Shown: positions 1-8,772 of the stretch, piece after piece
Layout: each line of letters begins with the position of its first letter
Position numbering within the stretch: position 1 is the stretch's first letter
Assembly (NCBI GenBank): GCA_964518565.1
Contig: CAZFGX010000001.1
Location: 669,404-733,403 of the forward strand
From: an uncultured Gammaproteobacteria bacterium
Lineage (GTDB): Bacteria; Patescibacteriota; Microgenomatia; CAZETR01; Amesbacteraceae
Length of the DNA: 64,000 bases
Direction: 5' to 3'
The notes under the pieces: model-generated
The model's database searches: none
What the model was told of the DNA's origin: nothing
What the model saw: the letters and a program-made list of their open reading frames with translations, nothing else
Position numbers and translations under genes: made by a program

Positions 1-566
1 TTGACGGTGGCATCAAACCCACCTCGGTTTCCACCCAACTCAAACGCAATACGAATCAGTTGCATGGTCTCAAAAGCCACACCAGCATAGTCACAATCCA
101 CATACTGTGTTGAGCGATTACGCGACAAAGGCTTACCGACAACCATCGGATCCTCTTGGACAAAGTCCTCGGGGACCACACCGATCGGATACAACCGAAC
201 CAAGCGACCACCGACATAAATACTGGGCTGCTTAAAATTGGCATCGCGACGAAGATCACTGATGTAGGCAGCAGTTTCCTGCACTGCCACTTCACGAGTC
301 CCCGGCTTGAAAGCCACGACAGGTTCGTTTCCAAACTTGCCCTGCAAAATGCCAACGGCAATATTGTCCGGATCTGTCGGTTCGTACATGTCGAGCAATG
401 CATCGATCTTGATCAAACCTAACAGCCGGCTTACATCACCACTTCCCATGAGCGCCATCATCAAGACATTTTGATCAACACCCAAAGTCTTTGCGATGGA
501 CTTGTCTTGTTGCACTTGCGTCTTGGTCGGCTTCACGATTTTCTTAGCAGTTTTCTTAGGAGCCAT
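1..566 (-). CDS. hypothetical protein, partial (3' end outside window); lysine-rich N-terminus MAPKKTAKK
   Basis: ATG at 566 on the minus strand opens a frame that runs past position 1 with protein-like composition. The track ORF 56..403 is in a different frame and shorter. No recognisable motif. Confidence 0.45.
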   Translation of the reverse strand, partial: MAPKKTAKKIVKPTKTQVQQDKSIAKTLGVDQNVLMMALMGSGDVSRLLGLIKIDALLDMYEPTDPDNIAVGILQGKFGNEPVVAFKPGTREVAVQETAAYISDLRRDANFKQPSIYVGGRLVRLYPIGVVPEDFVQEDPMVVGKPLSRNRSTQYVDCDYAGVAFETMQLIRIAFELGGNRGGFDATV

Positions 567-614
567 AGTAGATACTTCCTTTTTATACTGAATTGAAAAA
601 TTAAAAAACAAAAA

Positions 615-1076
615 CTATTTCGTCGGCCAAGTATAACTTGGACGCATTTCGGCAGCCATATTCAACAAATCCCGCTGGCTGCCTCTGCGTGTACAATACA
701 ACCAAAGATTTGCGATCTTCACAACCTTTGTGTTGCCACCAATGTTGCTAGGATCAGCCTGCATGGCCGTACACAAATCGATAACATCAGCCATACTAAA
801 AGCTTGATTGGCAACATCGGTAAATTGAGTAACCAGATTCTTTCCGACCAATCTGCGCGGATTCATCGAACACATCTGTTCAGCTGCTTCTTGCAATTTG
901 TCGAAAGTGCCACGACGATTTTGGTGCTGAATCAGCTGCAAGGCCTTCCCTTCTTTGGTATCACCAGAAATATTCTCCCAATCAGCAAACTCCAAACAAA
1001 GCAGCATGATCTCGTCCAGATCAAAATTATCAACCAAATACTGTCGTAATTGCGGTGGCGTCTTTCGTTCTGACAT
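615..1076 (-). CDS. small all-helical protein with two tandem death-like/EAD-like repeats
   Basis: 153 aa. Two copies of the pattern L..L...F...E...LC.......I.G.TK....LI....RRG....L, resembling effector-associated/death-like domains. No enzymatic motif. Confidence 0.5.
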   Translation of the reverse strand: MSERKTPPQLRQYLVDNFDLDEIMLLCLEFADWENISGDTKEGKALQLIQHQNRRGTFDKLQEAAEQMCSMNPRRLVGKNLVTQFTDVANQAFSMADVIDLCTAMQADPSNIGGNTKVVKIANLWLYCTRRGSQRDLLNMAAEMRPSYTWPTK

Positions 1077-1301
1077 AAAACCTCCATATCAAACAAAAAA
1101 TGAGTATTTTTCCTCCCGTAGGGAGACGATCCCAACACGAAATAAGCCGCTTAAAATAATGGATGCATTCATCCAATCTCTTAGAGCGACTTCTCATGTC
1201 GGAATAACTCCCTACGAAAATAGCTTTTTAAGGAGCCAGAACACTCTGCCCACTTTAGCATATTGAACTCAAAAATGCAACTATAGGCCTAGTGAATAAC
1301 C

Positions 1302-1342
1302 CAAAAAATGCGCCCTAGGGTGGAAATTCCACCCCAAGGCGC
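1302..1342 (-). terminator. intrinsic terminator for the minus-strand gene ending at 1355
   Basis: Two-tier hairpin GCGCC-cta-GGGTGGA-aat-TCCACCC-caa-GGCGC (1310-1342), followed on the minus strand by a U-run (plus-strand A-run 1303-1308). Confidence 0.5.
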
Positions 1343-1354
1343 AAACATCACAAT

Positions 1355-1639
1355 TTAGCGTAGCGTAATCGTCATGCGACGAGACGTCTTATCCAAGACT
1401 TTATCCAAATTTCCTGTCACTGGCGGTCGCTGACCTGCTGCACAGCAGCATCGCACTCTACCGGTAGAGATCTTGTCTGAATTTTGGCAATTCGGACATG
1501 GTTTGTTCTTCGGCGTCTGATTGCTGCCATTGGGCACATAGGTCAAACCATTACACGTCGGGCACGTTGCCCAGCCACTTCCCTGACATGTGCAAATCGA
1601 AACTGTTGCCTTCACTGGCTTCACGGAACTCTTATTCAT
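1355..1639 (-). CDS. small DnaJ-type (CxxCxGxG-like) zinc-finger protein
   Basis: The track ORF extends to 1801, but its N-terminal 54 aa are not protein-like. An internal ATG at 1639 has AGGAG about 11 nt upstream. Motifs CTCQGSGW, CPTCNG, CPNC and CCC, with a basic tail. Confidence 0.4.
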   Translation of the reverse strand: MNKSSVKPVKATVSICTCQGSGWATCPTCNGLTYVPNGSNQTPKNKPCPNCQNSDKISTGRVRCCCAAGQRPPVTGNLDKVLDKTSRRMTITLR

Positions 1640-1814
1640 ATCTAAACTTACTCCTATCAAAAAACTGTGAATGTACGCTGGGTGTCCTTTGGCAAAAAAT
1701 GCCGCGATTGGCCTCAGTTTTGCTCCTAGCCCCAGTCTGTCAATTATACCCCATAAAAAAAGCCGGAGAAAACCTATCAAGGTTTGCCCCGGCTGACCCA
1801 CTGATATGCAAATA

Positions 1815-2015
1815 CTATTTCACCAACTCCCGTTCATGTCGCACTCGCAAAAATTCCTTATGTAGATCCAAATCAGGCTGGATTTGCTCCCGCCAAACCC
1901 TGTCTACAAAGTCTTTTGCCCGCCGCTGCACAGCTACTTGTTCAGCAAACGACAATTTACGAGTCGTAGATTGGTTAAAAAATTTATCCCACATGTTTTT
2001 CCACCATTGTTCCAT
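1815..2015 (-). CDS. small hypothetical protein (66 aa)
   Basis: ORF overlaps the end of the upstream membrane-protein gene by 32 nt. GGAGG lies adjacent to the start. Weak support. Confidence 0.3.
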   Translation of the reverse strand: MEQWWKNMWDKFFNQSTTRKLSFAEQVAVQRRAKDFVDRVWREQIQPDLDLHKEFLRVRHERELVK

Positions 2016-2373
2016 CCCTCCACCATCCTAAAAACGCTGCCCCTGTTGCCAGAGTCGAAAAACCAAATCCTACTTCCAAGCTCAGCACTACACTTCCCAA
2101 GGCATACGCGGCTGCCAACAATCCACCCAAGATAAAACAGACCAATGCCCAGATGGTCAGCCGATAAGCCACCCCAGTCATAAATACTCGCAAAAACCAG
2201 CCCAGTGCACCTAATGCTATCAAAATAGCCACCGGGGTGACAAAAGCAATCGCCTCAGGCACATATAGCTTGGAAAATCCATTTGTCGCACTCGCCAAAA
2301 ACATTCCAGCGGTAAATGTCACAGTCGCTAACATTCCAAACACGACTCCCGGCCAAGACAATTGTCTTTCCAT
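1984..2373 (-). CDS. integral membrane protein (about 4 TM helices)
   Basis: 129 aa with four hydrophobic helices. Strong SD AAGGAG 7 nt upstream of the ATG at 2373. Confidence 0.6.
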   Translation of the reverse strand: MERQLSWPGVVFGMLATVTFTAGMFLASATNGFSKLYVPEAIAFVTPVAILIALGALGWFLRVFMTGVAYRLTIWALVCFILGGLLAAAYALGSVVLSLEVGFGFSTLATGAAFLGWWRDGTMVEKHVG

Positions 2374-2386
2374 TCGATATCTCCTT

Positions 2387-2806
2387 CTAACGAATCACAT
2401 TGCCCTGAGCATCCAATACCATGGTATAAGTTTTTCCATCATATTGGACAAAAACTCCAGTCCCATCCCAGGACATCATTGTTCCCACAGGCACACACGC
2501 CACATCTTTTGGCAATGCCACCACCGTCTCATTTTCTACCAACACCAACGCCACTTCACAGCCGCGTCGCGTATATAGACTCAGCATTCTGGCACCCAAA
2601 ATGACTACATCTTCGCAGCCTTTTTTACCTACTGGCGTATAGCGTTTACCGTCAAAACAGGCCTGTCCCATTGGCGGAGCTGTTGGCACTGTCGCTGCGG
2701 CTAAATTTCCCACAAGCGCAGCTGGTTTTACCCCTGTCGTAGTGGGCACTGCAGGGTTTGAACAAGCACACAGTATCAAAACCAACCACCAGATAAACCA
2801 TTTCAT
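2387..2806 (-). CDS. secreted/lipoprotein-like protein
   Basis: The internal start MKWFIWWLVLILCACS is a signal peptide with a Cys-containing lipobox-like end. AGGAGG lies 4 nt upstream of the ATG at 2806. The track ORF extends to 2875. Confidence 0.55.
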   Translation of the reverse strand: MKWFIWWLVLILCACSNPAVPTTTGVKPAALVGNLAAATVPTAPPMGQACFDGKRYTPVGKKGCEDVVILGARMLSLYTRRGCEVALVLVENETVVALPKDVACVPVGTMMSWDGTGVFVQYDGKTYTMVLDAQGNVIR

Positions 2807-3032
2807 TTCACCTCCTTTGCATATCAATGTCAAAGTTCTAGACCAATCCTCCACTGCATCAGTGGGGTTGATCAATTTGAGCTAATTATAGGACAATTCT
2901 CACCATTGACGCAAATCAAAAAAAAGCGTTTACTAAATCCCAGCTGTGTTCAAGGAACCGAGGTGAAACTCCCGGACTGTGCCGCAACCGTAAAGTCGGA
3001 AAACTAGCAGCCTTATTATCCCGAGCAGGAAT

Positions 3033-4214
3033 ATGTCGTATCAAACAAAAGAAAATTATCATGTCCCCCAGTTTTGGTTTGAGGCCGAATATGCCAAAGC
3101 CCGTACTATTTTAGATTCCTCTCCACTTCCCGATGCCAAACACTTGATATACGACCACATCACAGATAGTCTCAAGGGTACTCACAATGAATTTTTCCTC
3201 AATTTAGATGGTCAGCGCAGCCCAGTGCTCCCTTTCAAACTCGAAATTCGCGACCAGCGTTTATATGGCTTTGGGGATTGGTATACCGACGCCATAAAAA
3301 CTGAAGAACACCACGGCCAAACCAAAGCTACTTGCCAAAAAATCGAGCAGTTTCTCATCTCTGCCCCAGAAGGCAAACTGGCCTTCTTTGTCAGCCCATC
3401 TGGCCCCTCAGGCATGGAGGATGAACATGGCCAACCAGTTATTTATAAAGATACTGCTATTTATTTTTTTCAGCGTACCTCAACCACCCAAGTCCAATGC
3501 TGGAATGTCTTTACCGATCTATCTCTTTTAGAAAGCGAGCGCCTACTCCAATCGTATGGCATCAAATCCGACACGACAAAAGATTTACCAGATCGCATGG
3601 AGCATGTCATCGCTTCACCAGTATTTCCTTCTTCGGGTATTAGTGGGGTATTACACGATGTTCAGACCCTCCTCAATACCCCGTATATAAAAGGTACTCA
3701 AACATTCGAATATACTCAATGGTTAGTGGATAATCCAGATATTGTCGAGCAGTCTTGGAGCACATCAGAACAAATAAAATCTCTACTTTCTCAATTTGAA
3801 CAACTCATCCAAGCTGCTCCTGACAATATCTTGCTAATGAGCACACTCCAACGGGAACTCCCCACTCTCCTACTCAAAATTTCTGCCGTTGCTCGTGGCA
3901 AAGATGCCGCAAAGGCGGATCTATCACATGAAGCGAGTTATATTAGCTCTTTAGACGGTTGTACGAGTTCAGGCAGCGGTCTGGAAAATATTTCCGGCTA
4001 CCGCGAAACATATATCGATGGCGATAGCTACGTCATGTCTGGTGGCGTGTACCATTACGAAGTCGTTATCAAAACTCCCTGGGGCTACAAACGCTGCCGA
4101 CCACAACCAGTTCTGCGCTGCCCACACACTGGCTGCAACAAAGCCTATTACGGCCAGACGCTGCCTGTAGGCTTTCGTTGTGACTGCCGGCAGATCTTCT
4201 GGGGCATTTGTTAA
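3033..4214 (+). CDS. hypothetical protein with C-terminal Cys-rich (zinc-ribbon-like) tail
   Basis: 393-aa ORF with AGGA upstream. C-terminus CRPQPVLRCPHTGC...CDCRQ. No recognised catalytic motif. Confidence 0.6.
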   Translation: MSYQTKENYHVPQFWFEAEYAKARTILDSSPLPDAKHLIYDHITDSLKGTHNEFFLNLDGQRSPVLPFKLEIRDQRLYGFGDWYTDAIKTEEHHGQTKATCQKIEQFLISAPEGKLAFFVSPSGPSGMEDEHGQPVIYKDTAIYFFQRTSTTQVQCWNVFTDLSLLESERLLQSYGIKSDTTKDLPDRMEHVIASPVFPSSGISGVLHDVQTLLNTPYIKGTQTFEYTQWLVDNPDIVEQSWSTSEQIKSLLSQFEQLIQAAPDNILLMSTLQRELPTLLLKISAVARGKDAAKADLSHEASYISSLDGCTSSGSGLENISGYRETYIDGDSYVMSGGVYHYEVVIKTPWGYKRCRPQPVLRCPHTGCNKAYYGQTLPVGFRCDCRQIFWGIC

Positions 4215-4235
4215 ATAGCAAATTTGTGCTATACT
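4208..4235 (+). promoter_or_regulatory. candidate sigma70-type promoter for secE-nusG-rplK (TTGTTA-16-TATACT)
   Basis: -35-like TTGTTA at 4208-4213 and -10 TATACT at 4230-4235, preceded by TG. Confidence 0.3.
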
Positions 4236-4282
4236 ATTGACAGCGAGCCGAAAGGCTTTTTTTTAATGGTAGAATACAATCT

Positions 4283-4462
4283 ATGAACCCTGTCACGTAC
4301 TTTAAAGAGACCATGTCCGAACTGCGCCAAGTCCGCTGGCCTACCCGCCAAACGACCATCCAACTAACCAGTATCGTCATTGTTGTCTCCTTAATTGTTG
4401 CCTTGTACGTCGGTGCTCTAGATTTTAGCTTTACCAAATTACTCTCAGAACTGGTCAAATAA
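4283..4462 (+). CDS. secE: preprotein translocase subunit SecE (59 aa; below the ORF-track size cutoff)
   Basis: MNPVTYFKETMSELRQVRWPTRQTTIQLTSIVIVVSLIVALYVGALDFSFTKLL is a typical SecE sequence with a single TM helix. It lies immediately upstream of nusG. Confidence 0.8.
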   Translation: MNPVTYFKETMSELRQVRWPTRQTTIQLTSIVIVVSLIVALYVGALDFSFTKLLSELVK

Positions 4463-4479
4463 ACTGCTAAAATAAACAT

Positions 4480-5103
4480 ATGCAAGACGAAAATCCAAAT
4501 AAATCTATCAACGAACGAGGTCTTGGTGGCAAAGCCATCCCTGGCCATATCGTCGTCAACAGTGACGTCGCACTCACCGAAAAAGCCAAATGGTACGTCG
4601 TCCACACCTACTCTGGCCACGAAGCTCGTGTCGCCGAAACTCTTCGCCAACGTCTCGCCACCCTTGGCCAGACCGACAAGGTCGCCGAACTCCTCATCCC
4701 TACTCAAGATCAAATTCATATCAAATCTGGTAAAAAATACTCCGTCAAAGAAAAGATTTTCCCAGGATATCTACTGATCAAAATGATCGTCGATGACGAA
4801 TCCTGGCTGGTCGTTCGTACCACCCAAGGTATTACTGGCTTCGTCGGCGTAGGCAACAAGCCTACCCCACTCTCAGTCAAAGAAGTCGAAGCCATCATGC
4901 AATTTGCTCAGATCGGTGCACCAAAGCACAAGACCAACTTCACCACTGGCGAAGCCGTCAAAATTACCGATGGTCCATTTGCCGATTTCCTGGGCTCCAT
5001 CGAATCTATCGACGAAGCTCACGGCAAACTCCGCGTCCTGGTCTCTATCTTCGGCCGGGAAACGCCAGTCGAACTCGACTTTTTACAAGTAAAGAAGATA
5101 TAA
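4480..5103 (+). CDS. nusG: transcription antiterminator NusG (with N-terminal extension)
   Basis: NGN-domain sequence WYVVHTYSGHE and a KOW region. Canonical secE-nusG-rplK context. Confidence 0.9.
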   Translation: MQDENPNKSINERGLGGKAIPGHIVVNSDVALTEKAKWYVVHTYSGHEARVAETLRQRLATLGQTDKVAELLIPTQDQIHIKSGKKYSVKEKIFPGYLLIKMIVDDESWLVVRTTQGITGFVGVGNKPTPLSVKEVEAIMQFAQIGAPKHKTNFTTGEAVKITDGPFADFLGSIESIDEAHGKLRVLVSIFGRETPVELDFLQVKKI

Positions 5104-5115
5104 TCCCTACACTAT

Positions 5116-5541
5116 ATGGCAGCCAAAAAAATTAAAGTCATTTTAAAGCTCAATCTCCCAGCTGGTGGCGCAACTCCTGCACCACCTGTCGGTCCAGCTC
5201 TCGGTCAGCACGGTATTCCCATCATGGAATTCGTCAAACAATACAATGACCGCACCAAAGACCAAAAAGGTGACATTATCCCTGCTGTTATCACCGTCTA
5301 CGAAGATCGCAGCTTTACCTTTATCACCAAACTTCCCCCAGTCTCAGCCATGATCAAAAAGGCCTTAAACCTTGAATCTGCTTCCAAAAAACCCGGCCGT
5401 GAATCAGCCGGCAATATCACCAAAGATCAAATCCGCGAAATCGCCCAACGCAAACTCGTAGATCTCAATACTGACAATATCGAATCCGCCGTCAACTCCG
5501 TCGCCGGCACCGCCCGCTCCATGGGTATCAAAGTGATCTAA
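5116..5541 (+). CDS. rplK: 50S ribosomal protein L11
   Basis: [20 protein letters not shown] is the L11 hallmark. Confidence 0.95.
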   Translation: MAAKKIKVILKLNLPAGGATPAPPVGPALGQHGIPIMEFVKQYNDRTKDQKGDIIPAVITVYEDRSFTFITKLPPVSAMIKKALNLESASKKPGRESAGNITKDQIREIAQRKLVDLNTDNIESAVNSVAGTARSMGIKVI

Positions 5542-6095
5542 TGGACATTTACCTGCTTAGCAAAAACTCCGGCAAGATCGCAGCCGCCAACTCTGTCTTC
5601 AACCAATACCACATCACGGTAAAAAGTATTTCCGAGGAATTCCCTGAAATTCAAGCCAATTCTAGTGCAGAGATCGCCAAATTTACCGTTCTAGAAGCGG
5701 TCCAAAAACTCCAGCTCCCCGTCATTCGTGAAGATCATAGTTTGTATATTCATGCCCTCGGTATCCCCGGGCCATATACGGCATTTATAGAAAAGACTCT
5801 GCCAGCAACCAAGCTCCTAGAAATCCTCGCCCTGCATCCAGATCGTACTGGCCATTTCGAAATCTCCGCCGCCTATGCCGATCCATCTGGCACACTCAAA
5901 GAATATTCCTATACAGTTCCCATCCATTTCAAAATCCAAGAAGTAGTCCCAGACCCTCGTGGAGGTTGGAGTGGACTCATGTGTCTAGAAGGCGAAACAC
6001 GAGCATTTACTGAATATCCAGAAGAAGACCGCCTATCTGTCTGGAACAAAAACTATATAGAAATAGCTAAATACCTCACTCAGGCTCAAGTATAG
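5541..6095 (+). CDS. Ham1/RdgB-family non-canonical purine NTP pyrophosphatase-like protein
   Basis: NSGKI...EDHSLYIHALGIPGPYTAF parallels Ham1 ATGNPGK...DDSGL.VDAL.G.PG.YSAR. A C-terminal EEDRLSVWNKN region resembles the EEKN..SHRG segment. Confidence 0.65.
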   Translation: MDIYLLSKNSGKIAAANSVFNQYHITVKSISEEFPEIQANSSAEIAKFTVLEAVQKLQLPVIREDHSLYIHALGIPGPYTAFIEKTLPATKLLEILALHPDRTGHFEISAAYADPSGTLKEYSYTVPIHFKIQEVVPDPRGGWSGLMCLEGETRAFTEYPEEDRLSVWNKNYIEIAKYLTQAQV

Positions 6096-6125
6096 TATAA
6101 TTAGCCTCCAGTCGAGGCTAAACAC

Positions 6126-6154
6126 TTGACAAATACAATACTATAGGATATAAT
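6126..6154 (+). promoter_or_regulatory. consensus sigma70 promoter TTGACA-17-TATAAT
   Basis: TTGACA at 6126-6131 and TATAAT at 6149-6154 with an exact 17-nt spacer. It lies upstream of a 176-nt structured leader before the gene at 6331. Confidence 0.5.
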
Positions 6155-6330
6155 CCTATTTAGGATAAGTTAGTGAGATCCAACATCTCGTTGACCATCT
6201 CACTCCTTGTTCAGCTCTTTAAAAATCGAGCGTGGACAAAATACTTCTGGACTCTCTTCCAGCGGCCATCTACGGCTGCTTAACAAATAATCTAAACAAT
6301 ATTCAAGTTCGTTTTTCAGGAGGTTAAGTT

Positions 6331-7029
6331 ATGCAAGCTAAGAAACAATCTAATCCATTCGCTATTGTTTTCATTGCCCTGCCAGTAGTAGTGGTAGTAG
6401 CACTGATAGTGTTCGGCATGTCCGACTCACCTTCTATCAGCCTCTCCACTGGAAACATTGCAGACGCAGCGCCAGAAAAAATCAATGTTTCATCGGTCAG
6501 CATGGACATGCCATCTATCGACGAACAATCACTAGAAGCTATCGTCCAAGTAGTAGAACCCGATGGTACATTGACGCTGCCTGCTGCAGATCCCGAAGGA
6601 TTTCAGCATGCCATGGAACGCCGTGGCATTTCAGCTGCTGGCTGTCCAGCCAAAACGAAGTATGCAGAACAGGCCGTGAATCAAGGGTATTTCATGATTA
6701 TGTCATGCTATGACCATGTTCGTGATAATCCCGAAGGCGCCTTTTTCTCACCCACCGCTGGAACAATCATGGTAATTGCCAACGCACCCCAACCTGTTGG
6801 GGCAATCGTTGTCATTTTCCAAGCAAACGTCCAGGGTGGAAATCTAATCGGCTTCGGCCGACCGTTAACCGTCTTAGTCAAAGGTGTAAATGTACACCGA
6901 GCTCGACTTTCTTCTTGTGCTAGCACACAGTTCTTTCCGCTAACCCAAGTGAAATTCCAGCCGGAATACGAACCACCCCCACTAGGCGGAGGCACCTGCC
7001 TCAAAAATAATAACGTCCATTCGTTTTAG
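6331..7029 (+). CDS. membrane-anchored hypothetical protein
   Basis: AGGAGG SD. N-terminal TM helix IVFIALPVVVVVALIVFG, followed by an extracytoplasmic domain. Confidence 0.6.
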   Translation: MQAKKQSNPFAIVFIALPVVVVVALIVFGMSDSPSISLSTGNIADAAPEKINVSSVSMDMPSIDEQSLEAIVQVVEPDGTLTLPAADPEGFQHAMERRGISAAGCPAKTKYAEQAVNQGYFMIMSCYDHVRDNPEGAFFSPTAGTIMVIANAPQPVGAIVVIFQANVQGGNLIGFGRPLTVLVKGVNVHRARLSSCASTQFFPLTQVKFQPEYEPPPLGGGTCLKNNNVHSF

Positions 7030-7044
7030 TAGCCACGCTCGTAG

Positions 7045-7082
7045 CCACCAGCCGACTCTTAGTTGGCTGGTGGTCTTTTTTG
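7045..7082 (+). terminator. rho-independent terminator
   Basis: Perfect 9-bp stem CCACCAGCC/GGCTGGTGG with an 11-nt loop, followed by TCTTTTTTG. Confidence 0.6.
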
Positions 7083-7119
7083 AAAAATTTCAATTATTTA
7101 CCAAAATATCGTATAATTT

Positions 7120-7677
7120 ATGGAGAACAAAATTGACATGATACCAAAATCTGAAGTTACAGCTATGCGCTCTGACGCTCCGAAGGCAGTACAACCAACA
7201 GAACTGGATCAACAAAACGAATTACTTAGAGATATTGATATGCGAAAAATTGCAGAAGCAACCACAAACACGTCTATTACCCAAGAAATGGTTCAAAAAC
7301 TGGTCGATTCAGAACCAGGGAGTTTGCGTAACCATTTATTTGGAATTAATGGCCAAAATCGAATGCGAAACCTCTGGCAAATATTGCAAATGAGCCTCTT
7401 GAGCGATGAAGATAAACAAAAAATGGTCGCGGGTGTAATAACTCAAATTGGGCTAGCCACTAAAGAAGCCTTAGACGAAAATGGATCAACAAAAGTTTTT
7501 AAACACGACATTACCCCAAGTGAATTACAAGTTCTAAAAACAGAAATGAATCCAGTTGTGATGAGTGAAGCCATGGAAATTCTAGACCATCCTGAAAAAA
7601 TTGAATCAACCGAAATCACTCCTGCACACATTGCAGCCATTGCAATGTTAAAAATAAACTCCACTACGAAAGAGTAA
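7120..7677 (+). CDS. hypothetical protein (alternative start 7138)
   Basis: 185-aa ORF of unknown function. TATAAT at 7112-7117 suggests the in-frame ATG at 7138 may be the true start. Confidence 0.55.
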   Translation: MENKIDMIPKSEVTAMRSDAPKAVQPTELDQQNELLRDIDMRKIAEATTNTSITQEMVQKLVDSEPGSLRNHLFGINGQNRMRNLWQILQMSLLSDEDKQKMVAGVITQIGLATKEALDENGSTKVFKHDITPSELQVLKTEMNPVVMSEAMEILDHPEKIESTEITPAHIAAIAMLKINSTTKE

Positions 7678-8023
7678 CATTCTCATAGTGGTTGATTCGT
7701 AACACGTCACCTTCTCTACCAAGCACAATCGCCACCATATCTATCCGGCAGGCCACTTCATCTCCTTTCAAATACACCTGTGCCATCCGTTTGACCTTGG
7801 TATATTTCCCTTTAGTAAACATCTCCTCAGGCCTTCCGTACCCTTCACCAATTTTTGTCTTCACTTCCACAAAAACCAATATTTTTTTATCCAGAAATAT
7901 CAGATCTATTTCCCCAAAACGAGTAGAAAAATTCCTCTGCACCAGTTCATAACCTTTTTTCATTAAATATTGCTCAGCTATCCCCTCACCCACTTGTCCA
8001 GTCGCTCGATTTTGCTGCTTCAT
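7664..8023 (-). CDS. yraN: YraN-family (UPF0102) endonuclease-like protein
   Basis: GEGIAEQYL...GYELVQRN...GEIDLIF......VFVEVKTK matches the UPF0102 pattern. The track ORF extends to 8071. Confidence 0.7.
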   Translation of the reverse strand: MKQQNRATGQVGEGIAEQYLMKKGYELVQRNFSTRFGEIDLIFLDKKILVFVEVKTKIGEGYGRPEEMFTKGKYTKVKRMAQVYLKGDEVACRIDMVAIVLGREGDVLRINHYENVTLS

Positions 8024-8052
8024 ACCGTATTGTACGAGTATAATCCCCCACA

Positions 8053-8772
8053 ATGGAACGCAATAGACCAATAAATCTGGATCACTATGTCGACGTCCTC
8101 GATGGCTGGCGATACAACAACGATTTTTTCTTAGCGCCTGAAGATATAAATCAGGCCGAAACCTATCTCCAAAATCAATATTCTCGTCTAGACACCCACA
8201 TGCTCAAAGAAGTGGCCAGTCGCACAATATTAGATCAGGACAGTCGACTGAAACCCCAAATTGTCCTAGCCCGTCAATTCTTACGTCAATTTTTTGGTGA
8301 TCTACCAGAACTGCAACCACTCACAAAATCCGGCGGCGGCATCGTTTTATACGGATCGCTGCAATATAACGATCCCAGAAACTTCGATGCAGATATTTTA
8401 ATCGTAAATCCAGGCCAAAAAGCTATTCGGGACTTTTCCTCACCACAATATCTGCAAATCGAACGCGAATTTATCTCCAAGTGGAGTCGCTACGGCAGCG
8501 AACCCCATATCGACGAACTCATGCTCAAATCTGCCCCATCCCAACTCGCCAGCCTACAAAAAACCGAAGGCGGCTGGTTCAACAATCTATCAATTCACAT
8601 TACCAAAGTGGTCACTGGACTTCCTCTCTGGCCAATTCCTACCAAATGGCATAACAATTGTTTCACTCAGGCCAAACAGATCTTAGAATCACACCCGCTC
8701 GCAGCTGCTCTAGCCAATGTCAGCATAGCCGAGACGCTCGATATCCGTCGCCAGCGCCAAAAACAAATCTAA
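8053..8772 (+). CDS. nucleotidyltransferase-fold (Pol-beta superfamily) domain protein
   Basis: GGGIVLYGSLQYNDPRNFDADILIV gives a hG[GS]-x9-DxD signature. Its partner and function are unknown. Confidence 0.55.
   Translation: MERNRPINLDHYVDVLDGWRYNNDFFLAPEDINQAETYLQNQYSRLDTHMLKEVASRTILDQDSRLKPQIVLARQFLRQFFGDLPELQPLTKSGGGIVLYGSLQYNDPRNFDADILIVNPGQKAIRDFSSPQYLQIEREFISKWSRYGSEPHIDELMLKSAPSQLASLQKTEGGWFNNLSIHITKVVTGLPLWPIPTKWHNNCFTQAKQILESHPLAAALANVSIAETLDIRRQRQKQI

Noticed and set aside
56-403. 115-aa minus-strand ORF from the track.
   Set aside because: A longer minus-strand frame beginning at ATG 566 and running past position 1 covers the same DNA in a different frame with better protein-like sequence. 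I report that one instead.
804-1266. Plus-strand ORFs 804..1049 and 955..1266, and minus-strand 932..1138.
   Set aside because: They overlap the better-supported EAD-like gene (615..1076) or the promoter/hairpin region. They are low complexity with no start context.
4234-4719. 161-aa minus-strand ORF.
   Set aside because: It overlaps secE and the start of nusG on the plus strand, which have clear family signatures, and it has no SD or coding-like composition.
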